From positions 64,001 to 128,000 of IMG/VR virus record IMGVR_UViG_3300033074_000711: a stretch of DNA of 64,000 nucleotides, one strand, 5' to 3'. This stretch comes from a virus (lineage: Duplodnaviria > Caudoviricetes). Shown here one piece after another: positions 37,868-49,496 of this stretch (the stretch's first letter is position 1; the number at the start of each line of letters is the position of its first letter). Below the pieces are notes generated by a model. That model worked only from the letters and a program-made list of their open reading frames with translations. It was not told the DNA's origin and ran no database searches. A program made the translations under genes and the position numbers.

Positions 37868-38885
37868 TTTTAACGATGGTAATATTCCAAATTTAAATTC
37901 AAATTTTGAAAGTAATTTATCAAATTTAGACCAACAAAATGGATTAAAATTATTTTTAGGTGAAGTTATTGATATCATAAATGATTCAGACCATCCAGAT
38001 TATACTAATACAACCGATATTGGTAAAGTTAAATTTAGATTATTAACAGATTCTGGCAAAGGTTCTGATAATTTAAGTTTTGCTTTACCAATAAATAATT
38101 CTAATATAAATACACCAATTATTGGTGAATTATTAGTTTTATTTCAAATATTTGATATTTATTATTTTATAGCAACATTAAATATTGATAACACACTAAA
38201 TTCACAAGAATTAAAGGGAATTTCGGATAGTAAAACTGTTAAAAATAAAATAAAAAAAGAAAATATTAATAAAAATACAATTATTAAACAAAATCCTGGT
38301 GATAGCATATTAAGGGGTAGATATGGTAATACTATATTATTATCAGACTTAAATAAATCACCATATATTTTATTAGCATCTGATGATAATTTTGATTTAA
38401 GTAATCTAGATAATATTAACAATTGTATTTTAATAACAAAATCAGGTTTAATTTCTCAATTTAATAGTAGAATGAGAAATTCGCAATTGTATAACAAAGA
38501 TGGTGCAATAAATTCTGATAAAAATATTATATTAATAAAAAATGATACATTAATAACAGAATCAACAAATTTTTTAAATAATTCAACAAATTATACACAA
38601 AATTCTGAAAAAACTATTATAAATACACCATCTTATATTTTAAATTCTAATGAAACTAATATTAAATCTAAAAAAATCACACTCGGTAATTCCGCAAGTA
38701 ATAGTGTTGTTCTTGGTGAAGAATTAAACCAAGTTTTAAATGATTTAATAGATGCTATTACAAAAATAACAGTCATGGTGCCGTCTGCACCAGGTAAAAG
38801 TTTACCACCAGTTAACATACCTGATTTCATACGCATAAAAGGTAGATTACAAAGAATATTGAGTAAAAGTGTTAAAACCGAATAA
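37860..38885 (+). CDS. Baseplate hub/spike protein (gp5/gpV-like)
   Basis: OB-fold-like GEVIDI..GKVKF..PIIGE, GDSILRGRYGN, beta-helix, VLGEEL. Confidence 0.7.
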   Translation: MYNFNDGNIPNLNSNFESNLSNLDQQNGLKLFLGEVIDIINDSDHPDYTNTTDIGKVKFRLLTDSGKGSDNLSFALPINNSNINTPIIGELLVLFQIFDIYYFIATLNIDNTLNSQELKGISDSKTVKNKIKKENINKNTIIKQNPGDSILRGRYGNTILLSDLNKSPYILLASDDNFDLSNLDNINNCILITKSGLISQFNSRMRNSQLYNKDGAINSDKNIILIKNDTLITESTNFLNNSTNYTQNSEKTIINTPSYILNSNETNIKSKKITLGNSASNSVVLGEELNQVLNDLIDAITKITVMVPSAPGKSLPPVNIPDFIRIKGRLQRILSKSVKTE

Positions 38886-38900
38886 TTTTTTTTCTAAATT

Positions 38901-38910
38901 TATATTTATA
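38901..38910 (+). promoter_or_regulatory. Putative late promoter TATATTTATA
   Basis: Recurrent motif. Confidence 0.55.
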
Positions 38911-38932
38911 AATATTATAGGATATAGTAAAA

Positions 38933-39283
38933 ATGGATGTTAAAAATTTTATAAAAACATTAACGAAATTAATTGACCAAAGAGTTGAAGCTAAAGTTAA
39001 AGTTTTAGTTGAATCTCAGGTTAAGCAAATTTTAGAGCAATTTAAAAAAAGCAGTAATGGTAAAAATAATATTAACTTTGATGAGATTATATCAGAAGCT
39101 AAAAAAGTTTTACCTGATGTTAGACAAGAAGAGGTTAAACAAAAAGTTAAGCAATATAATTTGCAAACAACACAAACTAGCATTGAAGATTTTGATACAA
39201 CACAATCTGTTAGAGATTTAAAAAATGTACCAGATAGAATTAAGCAAGCATTTAATAGAGATTATAGTAATGAACAATTTTAA
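38933..39283 (+). CDS. Hypothetical virion-associated protein
   Basis: AGGA RBS; C-terminal AFNRDYS. Confidence 0.6.
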   Translation: MDVKNFIKTLTKLIDQRVEAKVKVLVESQVKQILEQFKKSSNGKNNINFDEIISEAKKVLPDVRQEEVKQKVKQYNLQTTQTSIEDFDTTQSVRDLKNVPDRIKQAFNRDYSNEQF

Positions 39284-39285
39284 CA

Positions 39286-39657
39286 ATGATATCAATTAGC
39301 ACAAAATATCCATTACAACAAGATAGTACTAATATTTTTGCAATGAATTATACTAATTTTGATGCGATTGAATCAAGAATTCGTTTATTATTTGATACAT
39401 TTGAGGGTGAAAGACCATTTAATGTTTCATATGGAATTAATTTAAAACAATATTTATTTGAACCAAATAATAAACAATTATATAATAAAATAGAATCAGA
39501 GATTTATGATAAATTTAAAATATTCACTGATATTTCGTTAACAAATGTGTTAATAGAACCAATAAATGATAATGAAATAAATATAAAAATATCTTATATT
39601 ATAAACAAATCTAAGGATATAAAAACAATTAATATACAAAAAACTCTGGGATTATAA
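39286..39657 (+). CDS. Baseplate wedge subunit (gp25-like)
   Basis: LLFDTFEGERPFNVSYG..L..YLFEP. Confidence 0.88.
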   Translation: MISISTKYPLQQDSTNIFAMNYTNFDAIESRIRLLFDTFEGERPFNVSYGINLKQYLFEPNNKQLYNKIESEIYDKFKIFTDISLTNVLIEPINDNEINIKISYIINKSKDIKTINIQKTLGL

Positions 39658-41501
39658 TGGGTGAAATAAAATCTATAAATTATACTAATAAAGATTTTTC
39701 TCAAATAAAAGAATCTTTAAAAACATTAATAAAATCATATTACCCAGACAAATATAATGATTTTAATGATTCTTCTGTTGAAATGATGTATATTGATACT
39801 TTGGCTTATATCGGTAATATTTTATCATTTTATCAAGATAAAACATTAAATGAGAGTATTTTAACATTTGCAACAAATCCGATAAACATATTAAATATAG
39901 CACAAAGTAATTATGGTTATAAACCAATTTTAGCTTCTTCTGCTATAGTTGATGTTGATATTTATCAATTATTACCAGCAGTTCAAGAAACACCTGGTGG
40001 TGAATATATACCTAATTATAAATATGCATTAAAAATGAGTGATGTTCAAGTTAAAGCTGAATCTAATAATACCATTTTTAATATTAATGATGTTGTTGAT
40101 TTTTCAGAATCTGGTTCTATACAAAATACAATTGATATATACGAAACTGATAATTCTGGGTTACCGACATATTTTTTAGCAAAGAAAACATATAAAGCAT
40201 ATTCAGGAGAAACTAAAGAATATTCTTACACAGTTTCTGAATTAATAAAATATTTAAATATAACAGTGCCAGATGATAATATAATAAAAATATTAGATAT
40301 AACAGATAGTGATGGTAATATTTGGTATGAAGTTAATAATTTAGCAAATGATTTAGTTGAAACTAAAATACCAACATCAACATATCAAGAATTTTCAGGT
40401 TTACAACATAATACACCTTTTATTTTAGAATATTCTAAAGTATCTAAGAGATTTATAACTAAAATAAATTCAAATGGTAATATAATAATACAGTTTGGCG
40501 CTGGAATTTCAGATTATTCAGATGAGTTAATAATACCGAATCAAAATACATTATATTATGATTATTTTAATGAACCTGTTGACCCTAAAAATTTTGTTAC
40601 AACAAGAACATATGGTGAAGTTCCACAACCAGGTGTGACATTAACTATTAGGTACTTAAAATCAAATGGTGTTGTTAGTAATGTAAAATCAAACGATATT
40701 AATAAAATTTCAAATTATAACTTAATAAATGATATTAGAACATTTAGTGAGAGTGAAGTAAATTTATTTAATTTTATTACTACAACATTAGCTTGCAATA
40801 ATGAATTACCAGCAGTTGGAGCCAAAGATATTGAAACATATGAACAAATAAAAATAAATGCACCAGCATATTTTAGTTCTCAAGATAGATGTGTAACTAT
40901 ACCTGATTATAATATTAGGGTTTTGACAATGAATCCTATATATGGTTCTGTTGCAAAATCTTTTACTACAAATAGTAATTTGGTAAATAATGAATTTAAT
41001 AATCAAAGTCTAGATATTTATTGTCTTGGATATGATTATGCTAAACACTTAATAAAGCTAAATGAAGCTGTTAAGTATAATATAAAAAATTACTTATCTA
41101 ATTATAAAATGGCTAATGATGTAATCTATATTAAAGATGCGTATATTATAAATATTATTGTAGAATTTGATATAATATGTTATGATACGGTTCAAAATAA
41201 AAATGAAGTTATTTTAAATTGTGTAAAACAGTTAAAAGATTATTTTAATATAGATAACTGGCAAATAGGTCAACCAATAATTTTAAATGAAATTAAACAA
41301 ATGTTAGATAAAGTTAGTGGAGTTAGAACTGTTGAAAATGTTATCGTAAAAAATATTTTTGATAACTCCAATGAAACTTATTCTGATATTTATTATGATA
41401 TTGAAGCCGCAACAAAAAATGGAGTTATTTATACAGCAGTAGACCTAAGTATTTTTGAGGTTAAATATCCAGATGTAAATATATACGGGAGAGCAAAATA
41501 A
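39657..41501 (+). CDS. Baseplate wedge protein (T4 gp6/baseplate J-like)
   Basis: NKDFSQIK, YNDF..SS..MM, IQFGAG, QDRCVT..DY. Confidence 0.88.
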   Translation: MGEIKSINYTNKDFSQIKESLKTLIKSYYPDKYNDFNDSSVEMMYIDTLAYIGNILSFYQDKTLNESILTFATNPINILNIAQSNYGYKPILASSAIVDVDIYQLLPAVQETPGGEYIPNYKYALKMSDVQVKAESNNTIFNINDVVDFSESGSIQNTIDIYETDNSGLPTYFLAKKTYKAYSGETKEYSYTVSELIKYLNITVPDDNIIKILDITDSDGNIWYEVNNLANDLVETKIPTSTYQEFSGLQHNTPFILEYSKVSKRFITKINSNGNIIIQFGAGISDYSDELIIPNQNTLYYDYFNEPVDPKNFVTTRTYGEVPQPGVTLTIRYLKSNGVVSNVKSNDINKISNYNLINDIRTFSESEVNLFNFITTTLACNNELPAVGAKDIETYEQIKINAPAYFSSQDRCVTIPDYNIRVLTMNPIYGSVAKSFTTNSNLVNNEFNNQSLDIYCLGYDYAKHLIKLNEAVKYNIKNYLSNYKMANDVIYIKDAYIINIIVEFDIICYDTVQNKNEVILNCVKQLKDYFNIDNWQIGQPIILNEIKQMLDKVSGVRTVENVIVKNIFDNSNETYSDIYYDIEAATKNGVIYTAVDLSIFEVKYPDVNIYGRAK

Positions 41502-42670
41502 TGCACGTATTTATAAAACCGAGTTTAGATTCAGCAATATATAGCGATAATAAATATCAAAATACCAGTAATGACCAAATTTTAGAATTAGTTAAAACCA
41601 AAAATACATATTATACATCATCTAATGATTTATTTGTTTCTAGAATATTAACATATTTTGACTTAAATCAAATATCGAATGTAATTAGTACATATAATAT
41701 ACCAGTACCATCTACATCTAGTATAATAAATTCTACCGAATCTAACTTTATTTTTAAAATGTATGTTGCAAATTCTGATAACTTAATAAGAAATAAAAAT
41801 ATATTAGCATTATATCCAATTAGCTCTAGCTGGAGTCAGAGTTTTGGTACACGTTCTGATTTGGAAATTGTGTCTGATGGTGTTAGTTGGTATAGTTCGT
41901 CAAATTCATCTTGGAATTTGGCTGGTGGTGATTATATAAATGACCCATTATTTGAATGCAATTCCATATTAGATACTAACACAGATGAAATAACAGATTT
42001 ATCAGCAAATGTTAATAAAATTATTTACGGTTGGTATTATGATATTTTAGATTTGCAAAATCATCCATATTCATTTTTGTATGATTTAAATTTTGGTAGT
42101 AATTATTATGATTTAAATAGCGAGTCACTGAAAATAAATAATTATGGGTTTATAATAAAAAGAACCGAAACTCAAGAAAATGATGATATTGACTATGGTT
42201 ATGTAAATTTTTATAGCATAAAAACTAATACAATTTATTCACCAATATTAGATATAAGCTGGGATGATTCAGTTTATAATTTCAATAGCTCTTCAGTGCA
42301 ATTATATACTGGCTGGTATCCATATGCATATATTAGAAGAGTTAAAAATAAATATAAATTAAATGAAACCGCTGAATTTATTTGTAAAATTAGAGATGAA
42401 GTTTATGATGGTTCATTACCAACAACAGGTTCAAAAGAATATGTGTTAGATGAAGAAAGTTATTATTCTATTATAGATTTAGACACTGGCGATGAAGTTA
42501 TACCGTTTAATAATCATAGTAAAATAAGTTTAAGCGGTAGTTTAAATTATTTTAAAATAAATTTTGAAAACTTTAATACTAATAGATTATATAAAATTTT
42601 ATTAAAAACAAAAGTAAAAAATTCTTATGTAATTTTTGATAACGAACACAAATTTATTGTAGAAGAATAA
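41501..42670 (+). CDS. Virion structural protein (DNRLRE-like domain)
   Basis: DSAIYS, SRIL.YFD, W...GGDY, NYGFIIK, TIYSP.L...WDD. Confidence 0.6.
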   Translation: MHVFIKPSLDSAIYSDNKYQNTSNDQILELVKTKNTYYTSSNDLFVSRILTYFDLNQISNVISTYNIPVPSTSSIINSTESNFIFKMYVANSDNLIRNKNILALYPISSSWSQSFGTRSDLEIVSDGVSWYSSSNSSWNLAGGDYINDPLFECNSILDTNTDEITDLSANVNKIIYGWYYDILDLQNHPYSFLYDLNFGSNYYDLNSESLKINNYGFIIKRTETQENDDIDYGYVNFYSIKTNTIYSPILDISWDDSVYNFNSSSVQLYTGWYPYAYIRRVKNKYKLNETAEFICKIRDEVYDGSLPTTGSKEYVLDEESYYSIIDLDTGDEVIPFNNHSKISLSGSLNYFKINFENFNTNRLYKILLKTKVKNSYVIFDNEHKFIVEE

Positions 42671-43797
42671 TGAATTTACCAATTAGCAGGTCTTTTAGTA
42701 ATGATATTTTGTCAGTGCAGTATAGTGATATAACTTCTAGTAATTTTGCATTAATTCAAAATATTGTAACAAAATATGATGATAGTAATGTAGATGATAT
42801 TATTGATAGAAATTTTACTGAAATTATATCAGAAGATATAACAAATAAAATTTTAGTTGATAGTGATGCATATGATAAATTATTATCAGACATGTTAAAT
42901 TATTCTTCTAGTTTAGCTTATTATAGTGCCGCATTTTCTGCTGAATTATATTTCAAAGAATTAGAAAGAACTAATTTTTATAATATAGTAACATCAAGCT
43001 TTAATGCATCATTAACTGCAGTAAACGAATTAGTTAATGTTAAATATTTTAATCCGAATAATAATCCAGATGCAACAGTACCGATAGAAGTTATAAAATC
43101 AGATTTAAATACAATAAAAGATTTAATATCAATACCTGTTATAGCACCATTTGATTTATATTCTGGTTCAACTGCATTTGAAAATGAACCAATACAATTA
43201 TACAAATATGATGTTGACAAAGGTCTTATAAGTGGTAGTTTATATAAGGAGTTAGTATATAGAAAAATAGATGAATATGAATATACACAAGAAACAATAA
43301 AAAATATTTATGAAGATTATAACACACAAATATTAAATTTAAATTCTCTAATAACACAATCTATAAACTTACAAGATGAAAATAACTCATTAAAATTAAG
43401 AATTTATCAGTTAGAAAATGTTATTGGACCCCCTATAAAAACAGTTGAAGATTTAATTGATAAAATTTATGAATTAAATAATATAACTGGTTCATTAAAT
43501 TCAGAAATATCAGCTAGTAAGAAATATCAAGATGAATTATTTAATTATTTAAAAGGATATATAGAAGAAAATCAAAATTTAAAAAATGAATTAGTTTTTT
43601 ATAAAAATGAATATGTGGATATATGGGGATTAAATAATACTGGATATGGTGGTTTTATGTACTCGTATTATGTTAATACAAAACCTATAAATTATTATTA
43701 TAAGTTATATAAAATGGGTCAAAGTGGTAGTAATGTTAATCCACCTAATAGTGTTATCAATAATTTTTTAGCGAGTCAAAATAATGCTCAAATATGA
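42670..43797 (+). CDS. Virion structural protein, coiled-coil
   Basis: Within the baseplate operon. Confidence 0.55.
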   Translation: MNLPISRSFSNDILSVQYSDITSSNFALIQNIVTKYDDSNVDDIIDRNFTEIISEDITNKILVDSDAYDKLLSDMLNYSSSLAYYSAAFSAELYFKELERTNFYNIVTSSFNASLTAVNELVNVKYFNPNNNPDATVPIEVIKSDLNTIKDLISIPVIAPFDLYSGSTAFENEPIQLYKYDVDKGLISGSLYKELVYRKIDEYEYTQETIKNIYEDYNTQILNLNSLITQSINLQDENNSLKLRIYQLENVIGPPIKTVEDLIDKIYELNNITGSLNSEISASKKYQDELFNYLKGYIEENQNLKNELVFYKNEYVDIWGLNNTGYGGFMYSYYVNTKPINYYYKLYKMGQSGSNVNPPNSVINNFLASQNNAQI

Positions 43798-45247
43798 TGA
43801 TGAAAAATTATTAACTTTAGTAAAAACTAACACACAAATAACACACCAAGATTTTATTGGTACTGCAAGTGGTGGTATTTTTTTAAAAATAAAAATAACA
43901 GATTTTGAAAATAACACTATTTCTATATTATATGAAAATGTTAAACAATTAACTCTTGATAGTAAAATTGTTTTTGAATCACAAAACATTTATGTTGATT
44001 TTGGCTATATTTTTAGAAAAAATGGATTTTTTGAAGGTAGATATAACTTTATAAGTGAATTTATAGTTTTAATTTATGGTTCACCATTATATAATGACTT
44101 ATATATAAATAAAATATTTCAATCAAAAAAAGAAATAATAATAGCTACAAAAGATATTAATAATGATTTAATACATACTAGAGATGTTTCTGGAAATTTA
44201 GTAAATTTTTTAAATAGTTCTGTTATACAATTAATGAAAAGTTTAGTTGTTTATTTAAATTTTGGTTATGATAAAGTAACATTAGCCGTTAATGCTATAG
44301 AGATTGAAAATAATTTACATAAACTTGGTTTGAAATTATATGAAGAAATAGATGCTAAGGAAAAAGATTTTGTTTTTATGTATTACACATTGTTTACACC
44401 TTATTTAGATTCTATATACATTTATACAGAAAATCCAGAAGAAAGTATTAATCAATTAAAAACAGGTATTACACCTGATATACCAAAAGAAATTAAAACA
44501 CAAAAGTATAATTTTATACAGTTGTTACAATATAGTAGTGATAACGAAAAATTTAAAATACGCTCTTATTATAATAATTTACAAAATAATGATTTATCAA
44601 TAGATTATTCTGATTATAGTAATTTTATAAAATTTAGCAGTGCCAGTGATAGAATAAACATTTTTAAAAATAAAGTACAAACATTAGAATCATATTTTAA
44701 TGCTATTAATGTGTTAAATTCATCATCATTTAAAAGTTTATATTATTCACAATCATTATCTAAATATAATGATAAAATAAACGAAATTTTTGATAATTTT
44801 GATGGATATGAATATTTTTTATATTTTGATACAGATGTAACTCAATATTTATCTGGTAGTTTATATCCAAGCACAACTGCTCCAAAAAATTCTAATGTTA
44901 TATATCCAACAACATCATCTCAGTTTATAAATTGGTTTCAATCACAATCAAATGTTGCTACATTATATGATAGTAATAATTTTGATAGACTGACAAACAT
45001 AATTCCATCAGATGCATATGATAACTCATATAATTCTGATTATGTAAAAATTATAAAATTAGTTGGTCATTATACAGATAATTTATATTTATATATAAAT
45101 GGTTCTGAAAAACTATTCGATTTAAATAATGATGTTGATAAAGGATTACCAAAAATATTAATACCACATATATTAAATAGCAAAGGACTTAACTTTAAAA
45201 GTGAATATACTATAACAAATTTACCAGAGTATTTTTCTAATGAATAA
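43784..45247 (+). CDS. Virion/baseplate structural protein
   Basis: IDYSDYSNFIKFSSA..RI..F..K, FDGYEYFLY. Confidence 0.6.
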   Translation: MLKYDDEKLLTLVKTNTQITHQDFIGTASGGIFLKIKITDFENNTISILYENVKQLTLDSKIVFESQNIYVDFGYIFRKNGFFEGRYNFISEFIVLIYGSPLYNDLYINKIFQSKKEIIIATKDINNDLIHTRDVSGNLVNFLNSSVIQLMKSLVVYLNFGYDKVTLAVNAIEIENNLHKLGLKLYEEIDAKEKDFVFMYYTLFTPYLDSIYIYTENPEESINQLKTGITPDIPKEIKTQKYNFIQLLQYSSDNEKFKIRSYYNNLQNNDLSIDYSDYSNFIKFSSASDRINIFKNKVQTLESYFNAINVLNSSSFKSLYYSQSLSKYNDKINEIFDNFDGYEYFLYFDTDVTQYLSGSLYPSTTAPKNSNVIYPTTSSQFINWFQSQSNVATLYDSNNFDRLTNIIPSDAYDNSYNSDYVKIIKLVGHYTDNLYLYINGSEKLFDLNNDVDKGLPKILIPHILNSKGLNFKSEYTITNLPEYFSNE

Positions 45248-47087
45248 TCTAAAAAATCTAAATTTAGAAATAAATAAAAGAATAATAAATAATTTAATTT
45301 ATTTATATAAATCTAAGGGAACTGAAAAATGTATTAGGCAGTTTTTTAATTGTTATGGCATACCACAAAGTTTAATGCAGTTTTATAATTATGGTGAATT
45401 TTCGTATAAAAATGATTCATATTCGGAAGTAAATACACCATATATTAAAAAGGAAAATTTCAATTATGTTTTAAATTTTAATGGTTCTGAAAATATTAGA
45501 ATACCTAAATTAAACTGCAAAACTATAGAGATAAGTTTTAAAATAACTGAAAATATTAATACATATTTAGCAACTAAAAAATTATTTCAAACAGAATTAG
45601 GTACATATGTATCATTAACTCACACATATAATGAATTTGGCACTGTAACATTTTTTTTAGATACAGATGATACTTATACTACAGATGAAATTCCAATTTT
45701 TAACGGAAATTTAACAACAATTTCACTACAGTATGTTGATAATTCTAATTATTTAGCGTCAGTTACACAACATATAAACAATAGAAAGGTTATAGATATT
45801 TATCACACTATAACAGATGCTGGCTCCTATTCAGATTGGTTTGATTCTTACTTAGATTTAGGTTATAGCAATTTTTATGGCATGATTAATGAATTTAGAT
45901 TATGGGATATTAATTTAAGTAGGTCTATTTTATATATACATTCAAAATATCCTGAATCTTTAATTGGTGATAATTACTTATCATTTTATGATAATCTATT
46001 ATTTTTATTAACTTTTTCTATACCAAAAAATTTATCTATAAATACAACATTATATAACGAATCAAATAATGCTTTGTACTCATCAGAGTATGCTGTTGCC
46101 AGTGGCTTTAGTTCTGTGGTTAACTTTCCTTATAATTTTTCATATTTAAATTATTATTCATATATTGAAAATATAAATGATAAATTAAATATAAATAATA
46201 ATAAAATATTTATACCAACACAGACTCTTAAAACCATTAATAATCAAAAAGTTTTAAAGCACAATGAAACTATGGAAAACATAGATATAATGTATAATAG
46301 TAGTAATATATATTATATGTTAATTTCACCTATTCAATTAATGAATGATATTATTATAAAAAGAATCCCAACGGATAATTTTATTGAATTATATGGTGAC
46401 CCAAGAGATACTTATAAAGAAACATTTGAAACATTAAATAGTCTCAGAGTAAATTTTTATAAATATTATCAAAATATTATAAAATTTAACGATTTTATTA
46501 GAAATTTAAAATATTTTAACTTTTCAATTTTTGAAAATATTAAACAATTTTTACCATCAACTATTGATTTGAAAACTGGATTTTTAATTGAAAATACAAT
46601 GTTAGAATCAAATAAAGTAAAACATATTAAACCAACATTAATAAATAAATCTAAAAATGAAGTTATTATTCATACTAAACCGTTTGTTAAAAATTTATCA
46701 AAATTTGAAAAAAATGAAAAAAATATAAAAATTTTAGAAAAATTTAATATTTATACATATATGGAAAATATTAAAGGTTCACTAAAAAGCTTAACTAAAA
46801 ATTCAGTTTATGGTAAAACATTTAGCATAATAAAACCAAGAATAGATTTTTATACTAATAGTTATTTACAAAATAACATAAATATTGCACCAAATCAAGA
46901 AATTGAAGATAATCTAGATAAAAAATATAAAATATATAGAACAGCAGAAAAAAGAATAAAATACTTAGGTTGTAAAAATACTATAGATACAACTATTGAT
47001 AAAAAACAACCTGTGTCAATATTCATAAATGATTCGAACATAATTGTATCTTATAAAGATGAAAAAAGTCAATTACAAGTAAAATAG
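45240..47087 (+). CDS. Baseplate/tail structural protein with LamG-like region
   Basis: LYKSKGT...YGIP, GMINEFRLW, TGFLIE...LE. Confidence 0.6.
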   Translation: MNNLKNLNLEINKRIINNLIYLYKSKGTEKCIRQFFNCYGIPQSLMQFYNYGEFSYKNDSYSEVNTPYIKKENFNYVLNFNGSENIRIPKLNCKTIEISFKITENINTYLATKKLFQTELGTYVSLTHTYNEFGTVTFFLDTDDTYTTDEIPIFNGNLTTISLQYVDNSNYLASVTQHINNRKVIDIYHTITDAGSYSDWFDSYLDLGYSNFYGMINEFRLWDINLSRSILYIHSKYPESLIGDNYLSFYDNLLFLLTFSIPKNLSINTTLYNESNNALYSSEYAVASGFSSVVNFPYNFSYLNYYSYIENINDKLNINNNKIFIPTQTLKTINNQKVLKHNETMENIDIMYNSSNIYYMLISPIQLMNDIIIKRIPTDNFIELYGDPRDTYKETFETLNSLRVNFYKYYQNIIKFNDFIRNLKYFNFSIFENIKQFLPSTIDLKTGFLIENTMLESNKVKHIKPTLINKSKNEVIIHTKPFVKNLSKFEKNEKNIKILEKFNIYTYMENIKGSLKSLTKNSVYGKTFSIIKPRIDFYTNSYLQNNINIAPNQEIEDNLDKKYKIYRTAEKRIKYLGCKNTIDTTIDKKQPVSIFINDSNIIVSYKDEKSQLQVK

Positions 47088-47098
47088 GAAAATAAAAA

Positions 47099-47731
47099 AT
47101 GAGTTTTTTAGACAATACAAACATAACAGTTGACGCTGTTTTAACTTCTGCTGGTAGAGAAGCTTTAGCTAAAGGTCAACTAAATATTACAAAATTTGCA
47201 TTAGGTGATGATGAAGTTGATTATAGATTATATAATTTTGCACACCCAAGTGGTAGTGATTATTATGGTGAAGCAATAGAACATATGCCAGTATTAGAAG
47301 CATTGCCAGATGGTGTTAGAATGTTAAAAAGTAAATTAGTAACTTTTCCAAAAGGAACTACAAAATTACCCTTATTAACAGTTGGTGGTTATCCAAATAA
47401 TCAAGTAAATTTAATAACAGGTGAAACCGTAACATTAACACCGCAATTATTTAATTCATCTGACGATAGTTTGGGTTATACAGCTACACTACAAAATACT
47501 CAATATTTTTCAATAGAGGGTATTAATGCAGTTAATACGAATACAAGAGCACCTGAGTCTTCTGTTGGTTTAACTGGTACGGTAACAATAGGTTCATTTA
47601 AACAAATTAAATTAAATGCTTTAATCTTACCGCAAACTATAGCATCAACAGAAGGTACATTAACAATTACCAGCAACAACACAGGTAATTCGGTAACATT
47701 AAAAATAACAAATACAAATAATGCATTATAA
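47099..47731 (+). CDS. Virion structural protein
   Basis: VDAVLTSAGRE.LA...ITKFALGDDEVDY. Confidence 0.7.
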   Translation: MSFLDNTNITVDAVLTSAGREALAKGQLNITKFALGDDEVDYRLYNFAHPSGSDYYGEAIEHMPVLEALPDGVRMLKSKLVTFPKGTTKLPLLTVGGYPNNQVNLITGETVTLTPQLFNSSDDSLGYTATLQNTQYFSIEGINAVNTNTRAPESSVGLTGTVTIGSFKQIKLNALILPQTIASTEGTLTITSNNTGNSVTLKITNTNNAL

Positions 47732-47742
47732 GAGGAATAAAA

Positions 47743-48726
47743 ATGGCAGATTCAATTTACACACTATTTGAAAATGATGATATAGTAACAGATGTTCCAA
47801 CAAGAGTAACACAGCCATTATGGTATAATGATACATTATTTTTAACTGGTTCAGCAATGTTAACATCATCAGCTCAATCAGCATCTAACGGTAAATATTA
47901 TTATGATGTTTATAATGCATCAACTGGAAGTCAAGTTGAATTTTCAATTTGTTATGGTCATGTTGCTAATAGTGGAACATTAAATACTGATTTAGATAAA
48001 CCATCACAAGCTATGTATAATTTATATAGAAATTTATTGCTAGATACAAACACTTCTAAGTTTTTAGTCGGTAGTAACTATGTTGATGATGTTGTTGTGA
48101 TATCAGTTAATAGAGCAAACTTAAAACAACGTATTGACCCTGGCAATTGGCAATTAACACTAACCAGTGGCAGTGTTGTTAGAACATTAATAGATGATTC
48201 ATTTGATTCAACAGATTTAGATGCTCAACCAAATAAAGTATATAATATTATTAGCGGTAGTATTGGTGATACAACAAATGCATTTAGCAAATATTTTGGA
48301 TTATTTTATCCAGATGCTGGTATTTTTGTTATTAGTGGTAATGCATTACGTTCTGGGAGTGCTGATACATCACTAAATATAGAATTTGGTTATAATACTG
48401 GTTCAGTTGCTTATTATAATAATCATGGTAATTTTTTAAAATATGTAACTAAATTTCAAGGTAGAAGTGAAGAAGTAATTAGTTCTGTTCATTATTATGT
48501 TAGAGTAAAAAATAAAAATTATAATTATTCAACTAATAGTACTTTTATAACTGGTTCTTCTGGTGATTTAAGATATACACAATTTGTAAATGACCCCAAA
48601 ACTTATATAACCACTGTTGGTTTGTATGATGATACAAATACATTATTAGCTATAGCAAAATTATCACAACCAACTAAAAAAGCTTTTAATAGTGAAGCTA
48701 ATATTGAGGTTAGACTTGATTACTAA
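47743..48726 (+). CDS. Virion structural protein (baseplate/tail)
   Basis: C-terminal YITTVGLYDD..LLAIAKLSQP..K...RLDY. Confidence 0.7.
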   Translation: MADSIYTLFENDDIVTDVPTRVTQPLWYNDTLFLTGSAMLTSSAQSASNGKYYYDVYNASTGSQVEFSICYGHVANSGTLNTDLDKPSQAMYNLYRNLLLDTNTSKFLVGSNYVDDVVVISVNRANLKQRIDPGNWQLTLTSGSVVRTLIDDSFDSTDLDAQPNKVYNIISGSIGDTTNAFSKYFGLFYPDAGIFVISGNALRSGSADTSLNIEFGYNTGSVAYYNNHGNFLKYVTKFQGRSEEVISSVHYYVRVKNKNYNYSTNSTFITGSSGDLRYTQFVNDPKTYITTVGLYDDTNTLLAIAKLSQPTKKAFNSEANIEVRLDY

Positions 48727-49495
48727 TATTTATAAAAATATTGGAAAATCTGATATAAATTTATACAAATTTAACGCAAAGAAAAATTGGCAGATAACTT
48801 CTGCTAGTTTTTCTGATTATAATGTTAAGCTAAATATTGGTATAAAATCACCGTATTATGAAACATTTGATTTAGGTGATGATATTAATGATGATGGTTC
48901 TTATAAAAGATTAATATATGATTCAATTAATAAGTTATATTATGATGAAAATTATTATGTAGATGCTGATAAATTTTTATATATTACAAGAAGTTTATCA
49001 TCAAGATTATTATTATTAGAAATTCCTAATAATTTATATGATTTAAAAGTTAACTCATTTAAATTAGTAAGCGGTAGTGTTGAATATGTTGATGATACTT
49101 TTTACAATTTAAAAATAAGCGGTTCTAATACATGTGTTGGTAATATTTTTTATAACACAGGACATATTGTAATAACAGATGAAACCATTCAAGGTGAAAT
49201 TTTATCTGGTTTTGATTATATTCAATTTGAATCTGATGTTAGGTTAAATCAATTAAGTATAAATATAAATATAGAACCAACTGAATTTAATATAAGTAAT
49301 GGTGAAAATTATAAAACAGTTTATCAATTATATTCTGGTAGTTTATTAAATAGTTTAGATGATTTACCACCATATTTTACAACAATAGGTTTTTATGATG
49401 ATAATAATACATTATTAGCTGTTACTAAATTAGCACAACCGCTAAAGAGACATGATTATTTTTCTACGATGATTAATACTAAATTAATTTTATAA
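48692..49495 (+). CDS. Virion structural protein, C-terminus paralogous to the upstream gene
   Basis: PYFTTIGFYDD..LLAVTKLAQP; start possibly TTG at 48716. Confidence 0.65.
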   Translation: MKLILRLDLITNIYKNIGKSDINLYKFNAKKNWQITSASFSDYNVKLNIGIKSPYYETFDLGDDINDDGSYKRLIYDSINKLYYDENYYVDADKFLYITRSLSSRLLLLEIPNNLYDLKVNSFKLVSGSVEYVDDTFYNLKISGSNTCVGNIFYNTGHIVITDETIQGEILSGFDYIQFESDVRLNQLSININIEPTEFNISNGENYKTVYQLYSGSLLNSLDDLPPYFTTIGFYDDNNTLLAVTKLAQPLKRHDYFSTMINTKLIL

Positions 49496-49496
49496 T